The notes beneath the pieces are model-generated. The model did not search any database. It saw nothing but the letters and a program-made list of their open reading frames with translations, and had not been told where the DNA came from. From an uncultured Spirochaetota bacterium (GTDB lineage: Bacteria; Spirochaetota; Spirochaetia; SZUA-6; Fen-1364): a stretch of 64,000 bases of DNA. Below, piece by piece: positions 1-10,033 of this stretch. How positions within the stretch are numbered: position 1 is the stretch's first letter; each line of letters starts with the position of its first letter. The stretch spans positions 736,001 through 800,000 of the forward strand of contig CAWGAA010000001.1 in assembly GCA_963820525.1 (NCBI GenBank), written 5' to 3'. A program made the position numbers and the translations under genes.

Positions 1-32
1 TGTCCCGCGCATATTGTTCTGTTTCCGCGTAG

Positions 33-149
33 ATGTAACATGCGGTTGGAGCAGACCGCTTGAACTACGCATCGTTACTTATAGCTACGCGTGTTAAAAC
101 CAATTGTACCTGGATGATGCGGCGCGGCTGCTCAACCGCGTCGTTAGGC
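33..149 (+). repeat. attC site (first of 75)
   Basis: R'' ATGTAAC, L'' GTTGGAGC, L' GCTCAAC, R' GTTAGGC. G of the R' GTT for the set: 143,1132,1904,2298,3197,3623,4042,4832,5250,5671,6094,6519,6914,7308,10545,10967,11865,12287,13170,13562,14437,15379,16388,17381,20617,21009,21847,22274,23116,23509,25465,27275,27666,28088,28480,29286,31454,31845,32238,32663,33103,33542,33934,34359,34778,35169,36709,37134,38662,39054,39493,39883,40275,41238,41661,42638,43028,43794(mutated),44221,46197,47146,48607,51603,52030,53439,53831,55827,56669,57539,59479,59901,60665,61060,63082,63473. Confidence 0.95.
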
Positions 150-190
150 TTTTTCAAGGCTATTCTATCAAATTTAAGAAGGAGGTTTTT

Positions 191-1027
191 ATGGCTACAT
201 GTAAGTATTGCGGAAAAAAGGCTGGTTTTCTGCGAAGTGCCCATAAACAGTGCAGGCAAGCTAACGAGCAAGGAATCATCCAAATTATTCAATTAATCAC
301 CGATAATTCGACAAAAGATTCCGCTTCTTCAATTAAAGATTCTATTCTAACACTTGCACAAGCATCACATATTGATAAAGCCGCTTTTACGGCTGCTTGC
401 ATTAAAGGATGGGAAAATGCTGTATCTAAGGCACTTGAAGATGATGTTCTCACAGCTGAAGAGGAGCAGTCACTCGTTCAAGTTAAGGATGCACTTGAAC
501 TCAGCCAGGAACAGCTGGATAAAAATGGCGCCTACTTGAAATTGGTTAAAGCAACAATCATTAGGGAATTGCTTGAAGGTAAGATACCGCAAGTTGCTAA
601 AATAGATGGTAACATTCCTTTTAATCTTCAAAAAAACGAGCAGATAGTATGGCTTTTCAATGATGCAAAATACTACGAGGAAAGGACGTACACCAGATAC
701 GGTGGCGCATATAGTGGTGTTAGCATCCGAGTTATGAAAGGCGTTTACTATAGGACAGGTGCTTTTAAAGGTAATCCTGTTGTCACTTCAAATATTGTTC
801 ATATTGATGATGGACAAGTTGCAATAACTGATAAGCATATTTATTTCGCTGGTTCAAAAAAGGCATTTCGTGTTCCATATAATAAGATAGTTGCTTTCAA
901 GCCGTATAATGATGGACTAGGAATCCAGAGAGATGCGCAGTCAGCAAAACCTCAAATCTTTGTTGTTGATGATGGATGGTTTATTCATAATCTAGTAGTG
1001 AACCTTTCAAAATTGGAAAAAGCCTAA
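191..1027 (+). CDS. Hypothetical protein; N-terminal CxxC zinc-ribbon-like motif, TerB-like helical segment, possible C-terminal PH-like domain
   Basis: GGAGG RBS at 181 before ATG 191 (track start 104 lies inside attC); stop TAA within R''; domain guesses are by eye. Confidence 0.75.
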   Translation: MATCKYCGKKAGFLRSAHKQCRQANEQGIIQIIQLITDNSTKDSASSIKDSILTLAQASHIDKAAFTAACIKGWENAVSKALEDDVLTAEEEQSLVQVKDALELSQEQLDKNGAYLKLVKATIIRELLEGKIPQVAKIDGNIPFNLQKNEQIVWLFNDAKYYEERTYTRYGGAYSGVSIRVMKGVYYRTGAFKGNPVVTSNIVHIDDGQVAITDKHIYFAGSKKAFRVPYNKIVAFKPYNDGLGIQRDAQSAKPQIFVVDDGWFIHNLVVNLSKLEKA

Positions 1028-1138
1028 CATGCTGTTGGAGTTGACCCCTTAGCCTACGTTTGGAAAGTCATAGCTTACGTTGTTAAACCTCCACTACTCT
1101 GCTTCGGGCGGCGGGGCAACTCAACAGCGTCGTTATAG
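1022..1138 (+). repeat. attC site (most common L''/L' type)
   Basis: GCCTAAC-ATGCT-GTTGGAGTTGACCCC...GGGGCAACTCAAC-AGCGTC-GTTATAG. Confidence 0.95.
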
Positions 1139-1210
1139 CGCTTCAAGAACTCTGCTTCATAATCATTTTGATAATGACTATAAATATTACTTCTCCTAAA
1201 AAGGAAACCT

Positions 1211-1708
1211 ATGAATGCAATCAGCTTCAATGTGAATGACAAAGTACTTCGAGACGATTTCCTAAACAGCCATCTTCCAAATGCTATTCTCTCTCTCAAA
1301 GAAGATACTCAAGCTCTCTGGGGCAAGATGACACCACAACAAATGGTAGAGCATTTGATATGGTCTTTAAAATTATCAAATGGAATAACCTTTGTACAGT
1401 GTGTACTTCCTACTCATCTAGCAAATAGATCTAAATCATTCATAAACAATAACCAACATACTCCGCACGATTTCATGAACCCATATTTGAAAGAAGGCCT
1501 TCCACCGCTAGAACATACAAGCTTACACGAAGCACGTACTTCACTGCTAGAGCAGATTAGGATTTCTATTAGGCAATACTCTGAATCTCCAGATTCAATT
1601 CGTGTACATCCTCTTTTTGGGTAATTGAATCTCGAAGAATGGTCCCGGGTCCATTTCAAACATTCTTACCACCATCTATTACAATTTGGCCTAATCAAAG
1701 AGGAATAA
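1211..1708 (+). pseudogene. DinB-superfamily (DUF1569-like) protein with in-frame TAA at 1622-1624
   Basis: WGKMTPQQMVEHL N-terminal motif; frame continues HPLFG*LNLEEWSRVHFKHSYHHLLQFG to a stop at 1708. Confidence 0.75.
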
Positions 1709-1904
1709 ATATTTTTCAAAGACTAACTTATCAATAATATTGTTCTTGCTTTCCTGAATTGCTTACTTTGCACATTTATAGCTTTAAAGAAAGCGCTATA
1801 ACATGCTGTTGGAGTTGACCGCCTGGGCTACTCTTCGTTAGCAATAATCACTTGCGTTGAACCTTTGCACCTGGATGATTCGGGCCGGCAACTCAACAGC
1901 GTCG

Positions 1905-2194
1905 TTATATCCATCTAGATTTATATTGATTAGCAAATAAGCAACGAATTATTAATTCAAGAATAGAAGATAAGAAGCTTTTCAATATCTTTATTTCCCA
2001 TGATGGCGTTGGCATTGTTCTGGAAGTATGGTGGTGTTGTACTAGTTTGCCAGCCTGTTTTTAGTTTCAAGGCATGGCACGTCACCTTGCCTTATTATCA
2101 CCGATTACACTCTACGGCTTAGATCAAGCTCTTTCAATTGATTCGATAGATCTTTTCTGCTTTCCTCAACGCCATCATACTTGATGGATATAAC
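1905..2194. other. Gene-less cassette family B (exemplar; 22 copies)
   Basis: ~290 bp body with ATGATGGCGTTG (2000-2011) / CAACGCCATCAT (2167-2178) inverted repeat. Copies: 1905-2194, 6520-6812, 6915-7205, 7309-10444(IS), 13171-13460, 17382-20516(IS), 20618-20908, 23117-23407, 27276-27563, 28089-28378, 31455-31744, 31846-32134, 33543-33833, 34779-35068, 38663-38952, 39494-39783, 39884-40172, 42639-42926, 52031-53337(IS), 53440-53729, 60666-60958, 63083-63372. Confidence 0.9.
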
Positions 2195-2358
2195 ATGCTG
2201 TTGGAGTTGACCCCTTAACACACGTTTGGAAACGTGCAGCATATGTTGTTAAACCGCCGCTACCCTGCTTCGGGCGGCGGGGCAACTCAACAGCGTCGTT
2301 ATGCGTATTTTAAATATTCCATTATGCTAAGATGATACCTTAATTAAAGGGGTGATTT

Positions 2359-3075
2359 ATGGAATACAGTTCTAAGAAAAAATGCTTTGTATTAATGCCA
2401 TTTGAGGTAAAATATGTCGAAATTTATTCAGAAGTATATAAGTCAGTTTGCGAAAGCAATGGTGTTTCCTGCTGGCGTGTTGACGAAATATCTCGTCCTG
2501 GTTCAATAACAAAAGATATTGTTGATGGAATTCTTGATGCAGATTTAATTATTGCAGATTTAACTAGCAGAAATCCTAATGTTTTTTATGAATTGGGTAT
2601 TGCTCATAGTACAGGAAATAAGACAATAATGACATCCCAGAATAAGGGAGATGTTCCTTTCGATATATCAAATTATAGAATTATTTTCTATGAACAGTCA
2701 ATTCTAGGAAGTAAAAAGTTATTTCGTGATCTCGATCATGCGATAAAAGAATTGCTTAAAAGTCTTTTAAATACAAACAACCCTGTTCAAGAAGTATTAT
2801 CTAACCGTTCAATAATTGGCCTGCGAAAGAGAATTCCAATAATGAGTGTTATTAGTCCCAAAAGGACATATAATCAGATTAGACAATTAATTATCAAAGA
2901 AAATATCCAATACGTTGATGAATTAAAGAGATTAAACCTAGAAGGAATTAAAAGAAAATATAAAATGGGACCAATAATAATGGGTACTCTTGTTCGGGTA
3001 ATGCTAGATAACGATGCTTATGATGATTTATCAGAATTACAAAAGTTTATTTTAAAATACAATCTTGATACCTAA
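2359..3075 (+). CDS. Nucleoside 2-deoxyribosyltransferase-like (TIR-related fold) domain protein
   Basis: CFVLMPF...RVDE...ADLIIADLTSRNPNVFYELGIAH...VPFDI motif series. Confidence 0.8.
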   Translation: MEYSSKKKCFVLMPFEVKYVEIYSEVYKSVCESNGVSCWRVDEISRPGSITKDIVDGILDADLIIADLTSRNPNVFYELGIAHSTGNKTIMTSQNKGDVPFDISNYRIIFYEQSILGSKKLFRDLDHAIKELLKSLLNTNNPVQEVLSNRSIIGLRKRIPIMSVISPKRTYNQIRQLIIKENIQYVDELKRLNLEGIKRKYKMGPIIMGTLVRVMLDNDAYDDLSELQKFILKYNLDT

Positions 3076-3197
3076 ATATCAAAATACGCATAACATGCTG
3101 TTGGAGTTGACCGCCTAGGCTACGCGTCGTGACTGATAGCTATGCGCGCTTAAGTCTTTGTACTTGGATGATTCGGGGCGGCAACTCAACAGCGTCG

Positions 3198-3519
3198 TTA
3201 CATCCACGCTAATAATTTCTTTGAGAGAATATTTTGCCTGTTCTGTTTTGAATTATTCAAAGCAAATAAAGAATTCGATTTAGCAATCTTGCAGGTTTTA
3301 CTTTGGTGAATTCCTCTGATACTTTTGCGCGGGCCATGTAAGTTCCCATTGGAACAGCTCGCGCTCATTAGCTGAAAGGGCGTTATTAACCTTTCTGGAA
3401 TCGTATTCTTTCGCTATTGGTTGAATTCTATCATCAATCAACTAACCTTATATTTTTTTCATATCGTGAAGCTTCTTTGCTGGCCCGCGCATATTGTTCT
3501 GTTTCCGCGTAGATGTAAC
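3198..3519. other. Gene-less cassette family A (exemplar; 20 complete copies plus a partial at 1-39)
   Basis: ~320 bp body with TGCGCGGGCCA (3326-3336) / TGGCCCGCGCA (3481-3491) inverted repeat and a GTTCC-N4-GGAAC hairpin. Copies: 3198-3519, 3624-3940, 4833-5147, 5251-5569, 5672-5992, 6095-6417, 10546-10864, 11866-12184, 21848-22170, 27667-27985, 29287-29605, 32239-32561, 33935-34257, 34360-34675, 35170-36605(IS), 36710-37032, 41239-41557, 43795-44117, 51604-51926, 59480-59798. Confidence 0.9.
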
Positions 3520-4066
3520 ATGCGGTTGGAGCAGACCGCTTTGACTACGCATCGTTACTGATAGCTACGCGTGTTAAAACCAATTGTACCTTGATGATGC
3601 GGCGCGGCTGCTCAACCGCGTCGTTACATCCAACGCTAAGAAATATCTTATTGAAGATTCCATATGGCTGCTTAGGATTACTCAAGATAAATGAAGACTA
3701 TTCGATTCAGCTGCATATGCTACCTTGTTGAATTCTTGTCTTACTTTTGCGCGGGCCATGTAAGTTCCTATTGGAACAGCTCTCGCCCATTAGCTGAAAG
3801 GGCATTATTAACCTTTCCTGCATCATTTTCTTTCGCTTTGCCTGAATTCTATCATCAATCAACTAACCTTAGATTTCCTTCATATCTTGAAGCTTCTTTG
3901 TTGGCCCGCGCATATTGTTCTGTTTCCGCGTAGATGTAACATTCGGTTGGAGCAGACCGCTTAGCCTACGCTTCGTTACTTATTCCTACGTGTGTTAAAG
4001 CAATTGTACCTGTATTATGCGGAGCGGCTGCTCAACCGGGCGTTATGCGGCTTTAAGGGGCAATAA

Positions 4067-4687
4067 TTGAAGCGTTTATTAACACCACTATTCATCTTCA
4101 TATTATTCATGAATAGACTTGCAGCACAGGATATTCGCATAGAAGGAATTTCATTTCATGCAAAGCTGAAATCTCAAAATCTCGATCTCATTGTTAAAAA
4201 AGACGTTGGTGTTTTCAAATTGATGAAGTTTGTTGTTTCGCCTATGCATTCAATCGAGTGTATTTCTTCACAATTCATTTTAAGTGATCAACTTCGGCAA
4301 CTTCATCGCGAATGGGGTATAGATCAGGTTAAAGAAGACAAGGCTTTTCATGATTCTATCGAAAAGCAATTAGCATTCTGGCAGAAAGAACTTGAGAATT
4401 CTATCTTTTCAGTTTTTGGAATCCAAGAAGCCCTTAATCTATACATAATCAGCCGTTCCACTTTTAATGACCGTGACTATATAATTTATCAATATAGCGG
4501 CAGTGACGCTATCTATGGCGGTTACCTTGCATTTCTAGATAAAAAAGGAATGCTTTTAGAAAATATTCCACTCGTCGAGGATCAAGCTCGTGAAACGATC
4601 GGTACTGCATTTTTGATAGATGAACATTCAGTACTTGTATTACGGCAAGGCCTTAATATGATATTTATTTACCTGGAGTATTTTTAG
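4067..4687 (+). CDS. Hypothetical exported protein
   Basis: Fills its cassette; AAGGGG RBS; signal-peptide-like N-terminus MKRLLTPLFIFILFMNRLAA. Confidence 0.75.
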   Translation: MKRLLTPLFIFILFMNRLAAQDIRIEGISFHAKLKSQNLDLIVKKDVGVFKLMKFVVSPMHSIECISSQFILSDQLRQLHREWGIDQVKEDKAFHDSIEKQLAFWQKELENSIFSVFGIQEALNLYIISRSTFNDRDYIIYQYSGSDAIYGGYLAFLDKKGMLLENIPLVEDQARETIGTAFLIDEHSVLVLRQGLNMIFIYLEYF

Positions 4688-7366
4688 TATTCTTTGTACT
4701 ATTTATCAAGCATATAGTAGCCGCATAACATGCTGTTGGAGTTGACCGCCTAGGCTACGCTTCGTCACCAATAACGACGCGCGCTAAAGCCTTTGTACTT
4801 GGATGATTCGGGGCGGCAACTCAACAGCGTCGTTACATTCAACGCTAAGATAGATCTTTTGGAATATTCCCTATATTCTGCGTAGAATCACTCAAGATAA
4901 AGAAGACTATACGATTTAGCTTTATATGTTACTTTGTCGAATTCTTGTTTTACTTTTGCGCGGGCCATGTAAGTTCCCATTGGAACAGCTCGCGCTCATT
5001 AGCTTAAAGGGCATTATTACCTTTTAAAATCCTTTTATTTCACTATTGCTTGAATTCTATCTTCAATCAACCAACCTTGTATTTTGTTCCTATCTTAGAC
5101 TTCTCTGTCGGCCCGCGCATATTGTTCTGTTTCCGCGTAAATGTAACAAGTCGTTGCAGCTGACCGCCTGGGCTACGCGTCGTTACAAATAATTACGCGT
5201 GCTGTAGCATATACACTTTTCCTGATTCGGGGCGGCAGCTGAACTCCATGTTACATTCAACGCTAAGAATTTGTAGGAAGATTCCCTTTGTTTTTCTATT
5301 ATAACTCAAGATAAATGAAGACTATTCAATTTAGCTATATTGCATATTTTACCTCGTTGAATTCTTGTCTTACTTTTGCGCGGGCCATGTAAGTTCCCAT
5401 TGGAACAGCTCGCGCTCATTAGCTGAAAGGGCGTTATTAACCTTTCTGGAATCGTATTCTTTCGCTATTGGTTGAATTCTATCATCAATCAATCAACCTT
5501 GTATTTCGTTCATATCTTAGACTTCTCTGTTGGCCCGCGCATATTGTTCTGTTTCCGCGTAGATGTAACATTCGGTTGGAGCAGACCGCTTAGCCTACGC
5601 TTCGTTACTTATTCCTAGGTGTGTTAAAGCAATTGTACCTGTATTATGCGGCACGGCTGCTCAACCGGGCGTTACATCCACGCTAATAATTTCTTTGAGA
5701 GAATATTTTGCCTGTTCTGTTTTGAATTATTCAAAGCAAATAAAGAATTCGATTTAGCAATCTTGCAGGTTTTACTTTGGTGAATTCCTCTGATACTTTT
5801 GCGCGGGCCATGTAAGTTCCCATTGGAACAGCTCGCGCCCATTAGCTTAAAGGGCATTATTAACCTTTTTAGAATCGTATTCTTTCGCTATTGGTTGAAT
5901 TCTATCATCAATCAACTAACCTTGTATTTCATTCATATCTTAGACTTCTCTGTTGGCCCGCGCATATTGTTTTGTTTCCGCGTAAATGTAACATTCGGTT
6001 GGAGCAGACCGCTTAGCCTACGCGTCGTTACTGATTGTTACGCTTGCTAAAATAATTGTACCTGGATGATGCGGCGCGGCTGCTCAACCGTGCGTTACAT
6101 TCAACGCTAAGAATTCTTTTATAGGAAGATTCCCTTTGTTTTTCTATTATAACTCAAGATAGATGAAGACTATTTAATTTAGCTATATTGCATATTTTAC
6201 CTCGTTGAATTCTTGTCTTACTTTTGCGCGGGCCATGTAAGTTCCCATTGGAACAGCTCGCGCTCATTAGCTGAAAGGGCGTTATTAACCTTTCTGGAAT
6301 CTTATTCTTTCGCTATTGGTTGAATTCTATCATCAATCAATCAACCTTGTATTTCGTTCATATCTTAGACTTCTCTGTTGGCCCGCGCATATTGTTTTGT
6401 TTCCGCGTAAATGTAACATTCGGTTGGAGCAGACCGCTTGGGCTACGCATCGTTACTAATTGCTACGCTTGCTAAAATAATTGTACCTAGATGATTCGGC
6501 GCGGCTGCTCAACCGTGCGTTATATCCAATCTAGATTTATATTGATTATCGAATAGGCAACGAATTAGTAATTCAATAAAAAGAGATAATACGTGTTTCA
6601 ATAGCTTGTTTAACCATGATGGCGTTGGCATTGCTCTGGAAGGATGGCGGTGTTGTACTAATGTTGCTTGCTTGCTCTTAGTTTCAATACACTGCACGTC
6701 ACCGTGGCTTAATGGTCAACGATTTCATTATAGGGCTCGGATCAAGCTCTTTCTCTTGAAACAACAACTCTTTTCTGTTGTCCTCAACGCCATCATACTG
6801 GATGGATATAACATGCTGTTGGAGTTGTCCGCCTAGGCTACGCGTCGTTACTTATAGCTACGTTTGCTAGGGTTCCTTCGGTTGCTGATTCGGGGCGGCA
6901 ACTCAACAGCGTCGTTATATCCGATCAAATTTATGGTGATTAGCAATGAATTAAATAATTATTAATTCAATAATATTGGAGAAGAGGTTTTTCAATAACT
7001 TGCTTTTCCATGATGGCGTTGTCATTTCTCTGGAAGATTGGCGGTGTTGTACTACATTTCCTGCTTATTGCTAGCTTCAATACCCTGCACGTCACCTTGG
7101 CGTATTATCACCGATTACATTCAACGGCTCGGATCAAGTTCATTTTATTGATTCGATAGCATTTTTTCTGCTTTCCTCAACGCCATCATACTTGATGGAT
7201 ATAACATGCTGTTGGAGTTGTCCGCCTAGGCTACGCGTCGTGACTTATAGCTACGCGCTGTAAAGCCTTTGTACTTGGATGAATCGGGGCGGCAACTCAA
7301 CAGCGTCGTTATCTCCATCTAAAATTATGCTTATTAGCAATGAAACAATGAATTATACATAGCGTC

Positions 7367-7909
7367 CTAAGTAATTGCGCATAGACGACGTAATGTTTCA
7401 TTTGGAGCCTCCCACTGAGCGAAGCGGTCTTCAACCGCGGACGTGACATCGCTCATAGTAGGGAAGTATCTGTTATGCAGACAGAGCCGTCTGGTGAGCT
7501 TCCACATCCTTTCGATTGGGTTCAGATCGGGACTATACGGCGGCAGATAATCGAGTATGAAAGATGCACTGTGCTCCTCGCGCCACTGCTTGTGGAGCTT
7601 TGCATGGTGGTATCTAGCATTATCAGTGATCACGACGATGCGCCTTTGACTCTTTGAAGTTCTGAAGCGCAATTGCTTCATGAACACGAAGAATGTATTC
7701 GCGTCGAAACTATCCTCTTCGCGTTTGAAGAAGAATTTGCCGTCGCGCAGACGAACGGCACCGAAGTATCCCACGCTCTTTCGCCCGGGATAATGTAACA
7801 GTACCGGATCTTTGACTTCGGGTGGAACCCACATTCGGCATCGTGAGCCGTACTGCTGAAAGTGTACCTCATCCGTCGCCCACAAATCTATCTCTTCATC
7901 CAGCATCAA
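7367..7909 (-). CDS. IS630 transposase, DDE part (orfB)
   Basis: DEVHF, DNARYH, LPPYSPDLNPIERMW motifs. Confidence 0.9.
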   Translation of the reverse strand: MMLDEEIDLWATDEVHFQQYGSRCRMWVPPEVKDPVLLHYPGRKSVGYFGAVRLRDGKFFFKREEDSFDANTFFVFMKQLRFRTSKSQRRIVVITDNARYHHAKLHKQWREEHSASFILDYLPPYSPDLNPIERMWKLTRRLCLHNRYFPTMSDVTSAVEDRFAQWEAPNETLRRLCAIT

Positions 7910-8304
7910 CGCCTTGAGTTTTTTTTATAATCGGTCTGGCGAGCCGGATCGGCTCGCGCAATTATTGGGCGAGGCTTGCGTAGTCGGAAGTTGAGTTGTC
8001 GAAAGACGCGTTGACATTGACGTACACCCAATCTGACTTTATAGCGCTGTACAATGAAGGCGGAGAGTGTCTTTCCATCCCATAGGTTACCAGACAATCC
8101 AGCAGCAGTTGGTGATTGTCGAAGAGCGCGGCTTACTTCTTGTATTTGCTCAGGTTTGAGGCGTGTGGGTCGTCCAGTTCGGTCGCCTTCAACAATGCCC
8201 GCGAGTCCCTCCGCCTCGAAGCGGCGAATCCAATACTGCACGGTTCGGGGTGCATCGCCAAGAAAATGCGCAACCTCAATACAGCTCATTCCCTGGGCTA
8301 CTAG

Positions 8305-10033
8305 CCCGGATTTCTCATACTCCTACTATTAAAAAGCCTTTCGCCCTGGTATAATTGCTTTGCAAACAACAAAATACACCAGAACAGAAAGGCTTCAAGA
8401 TGCAAACAGACTGTATTCCAAACCTCTTCGGATTTCAAGACCTCGGGGACAGAAAAGTCATCACAAGCTTCGACGGCGGAATGATCAGTTCGGATGCAGG
8501 GGCACTACTCCTTCGTGAAGTCGCACTGACAACGGACTATTTGCGTCAGTTCGCAGACTGTTTCTGTGATTTCCGTAATCAGCGGTTCGTCGAGCACAGC
8601 GTGCGGGAGTTGGTGAGCCAGAAGGTGATCGGGTTGTGCCTGGGCTATGAGGACACCAACGATCAGGACATGCTGCGCCACGATCCGCTTTTCGCCACCC
8701 TTTGCGGCAAGGCCGATCCCAGCGGGCAGGATAGAAGTCATGCCAGGGACAAGGGCAAGGCATGTGCGGGGAAAAGCACGCTCAACCGGCTTGAAACCTG
8801 TGAGGGGTTTTGGAAGATCACAGGGGCGAAAAAGATCGTTAGCGATGAGACAATGATCGAGAAGTTCTTCGTGAAGTCCTTCCTGAAAAGCTACCCGGGG
8901 CGACCCAAGCAAATCGTGCTGGACCTGGATGTGACGAACAACGAGCTTCACGGCAAGCAGGAGGGGCGGTTCTTCCATGGACACTACGATTGCTACTGCT
9001 ATCTGCCGCTGTACATCTTCTGCGGGGATTACCTGTTGTGCGCGAAGCTGCGCACGGCTGACGTGGACCCTGCCAAGGGAGTGACGAAGGAGCTGGAACG
9101 TATCGTGGGCATGATCCGCTCGCGGTGGAAGCAGGTTCGAATCATCATCCGTGGGGACAGTGGCTTCTGCCGGGATGAGCTGATGAGCTGGTGCGAGAAG
9201 CATGGCCTTTTCTATGTCATTGGCCTGGCGAGAAATACGCGACTTGTCCAGCGGATCAAGAAACAGCTTCGACTGGCTTGTGTGGAGCACGTACGCACGG
9301 GAAAGCCGGCTCGCCGCTTCAGCAGTTTCGGGTATCGTACCCGAAAGACCTGGAGCCGTACCCGACGGATTGTGGCCAAAGCGGAGTACACCGAGGGCAA
9401 GGAGAATCCGCGTTTTATAGTGACCAATCTCCCGGCTGAGCTCCATGATCCCGGGGAGCTCTACGAGGATGTCTATTGTGCTCGCGGCGAGATGGAAAAC
9501 CGCATCAAGGAGCAGCAGCTCTACCTTTTCGCGGACCGTAGCTCATGCTCGCTGATGAAGGCGAACCAGCTTCGACTTTGGTTCTCTGCCGTTGGATATG
9601 TGCTGATGAGTGAGTTCCGTCGACGTGCTTTGCGCGGCACGGAACTTGCCAACGCGACCTGCCAGACGATCCGGTTAAAGCTTTTCAAGATAGGCGCCCT
9701 GGTGAGAGTGAGTGTTCGCCGTGTGCTTATAAGTATGTCGACAGGATATCCGTATCGAGAACTTTTTCTGACGGCATATCGCGCACTTCAAGCCTCGCCT
9801 CCGTTATTGAACTGAAGGAACAGGAGGGTACCGCTTGCAATGCCAAGGCAGAGGTCTGTCCTGGAAATATGAAAACTGCCTGGCAGGAGGCGTATCAGGC
9901 GGAAAGCGCACATTCGCCAGGGATTCTGCCGGGCTTTTTGCTTCGGTAAATAGACGTTTCTCTGGTAACAAGAATATTTACCCGTTTCTATCGCAAACCG
10001 GCTAAAACCGGTGAGGGGTATGAGAAATCCGGG
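8305..10033 (+). mobile_element. IS1380-family element (type 1, copy 1)
   Basis: 16-bp perfect IRs CCCGGATTTCTCATAC; CTAG duplication at 8301-04 and 10034-37. Confidence 0.94.
8355..9815 (+). CDS. IS1380-family transposase
   Basis: FDGGMISSDAGALLL, LDLDVT, RGDSGF, YCARGEMENRIKE motifs; true start may be ATG 8400. Confidence 0.93.
   Translation: MLCKQQNTPEQKGFKMQTDCIPNLFGFQDLGDRKVITSFDGGMISSDAGALLLREVALTTDYLRQFADCFCDFRNQRFVEHSVRELVSQKVIGLCLGYEDTNDQDMLRHDPLFATLCGKADPSGQDRSHARDKGKACAGKSTLNRLETCEGFWKITGAKKIVSDETMIEKFFVKSFLKSYPGRPKQIVLDLDVTNNELHGKQEGRFFHGHYDCYCYLPLYIFCGDYLLCAKLRTADVDPAKGVTKELERIVGMIRSRWKQVRIIIRGDSGFCRDELMSWCEKHGLFYVIGLARNTRLVQRIKKQLRLACVEHVRTGKPARRFSSFGYRTRKTWSRTRRIVAKAEYTEGKENPRFIVTNLPAELHDPGELYEDVYCARGEMENRIKEQQLYLFADRSSCSLMKANQLRLWFSAVGYVLMSEFRRRALRGTELANATCQTIRLKLFKIGALVRVSVRRVLISMSTGYPYRELFLTAYRALQASPPLLN

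Noticed and set aside
104..190. N-terminal extensions of track ORFs starting inside attC (104, 40246, 41578, 59862)
   Set aside because: They begin in the previous cassette's attC; downstream starts inside the cassette are more plausible.
5672..5857. Recurrent minus-strand 61-63 aa ORFs in family A (MPFKLMGASCSNGNLHGPRK...)
   Set aside because: The frame is broken by indels and stops in other subtypes (e.g. HGPRKSKTRIQRGKICNIAKLNSLHLS* in 6095-6417) and starts are inconsistent; a subtype-specific peptide cannot be fully excluded.
8505..9446. Long antisense ORFs over the IS1380 and IS110 transposases (also 18318-19103, 30642-31361, 49929-50867)
   Set aside because: Shadow frames of GC-rich transposase genes with no recognisable motifs.
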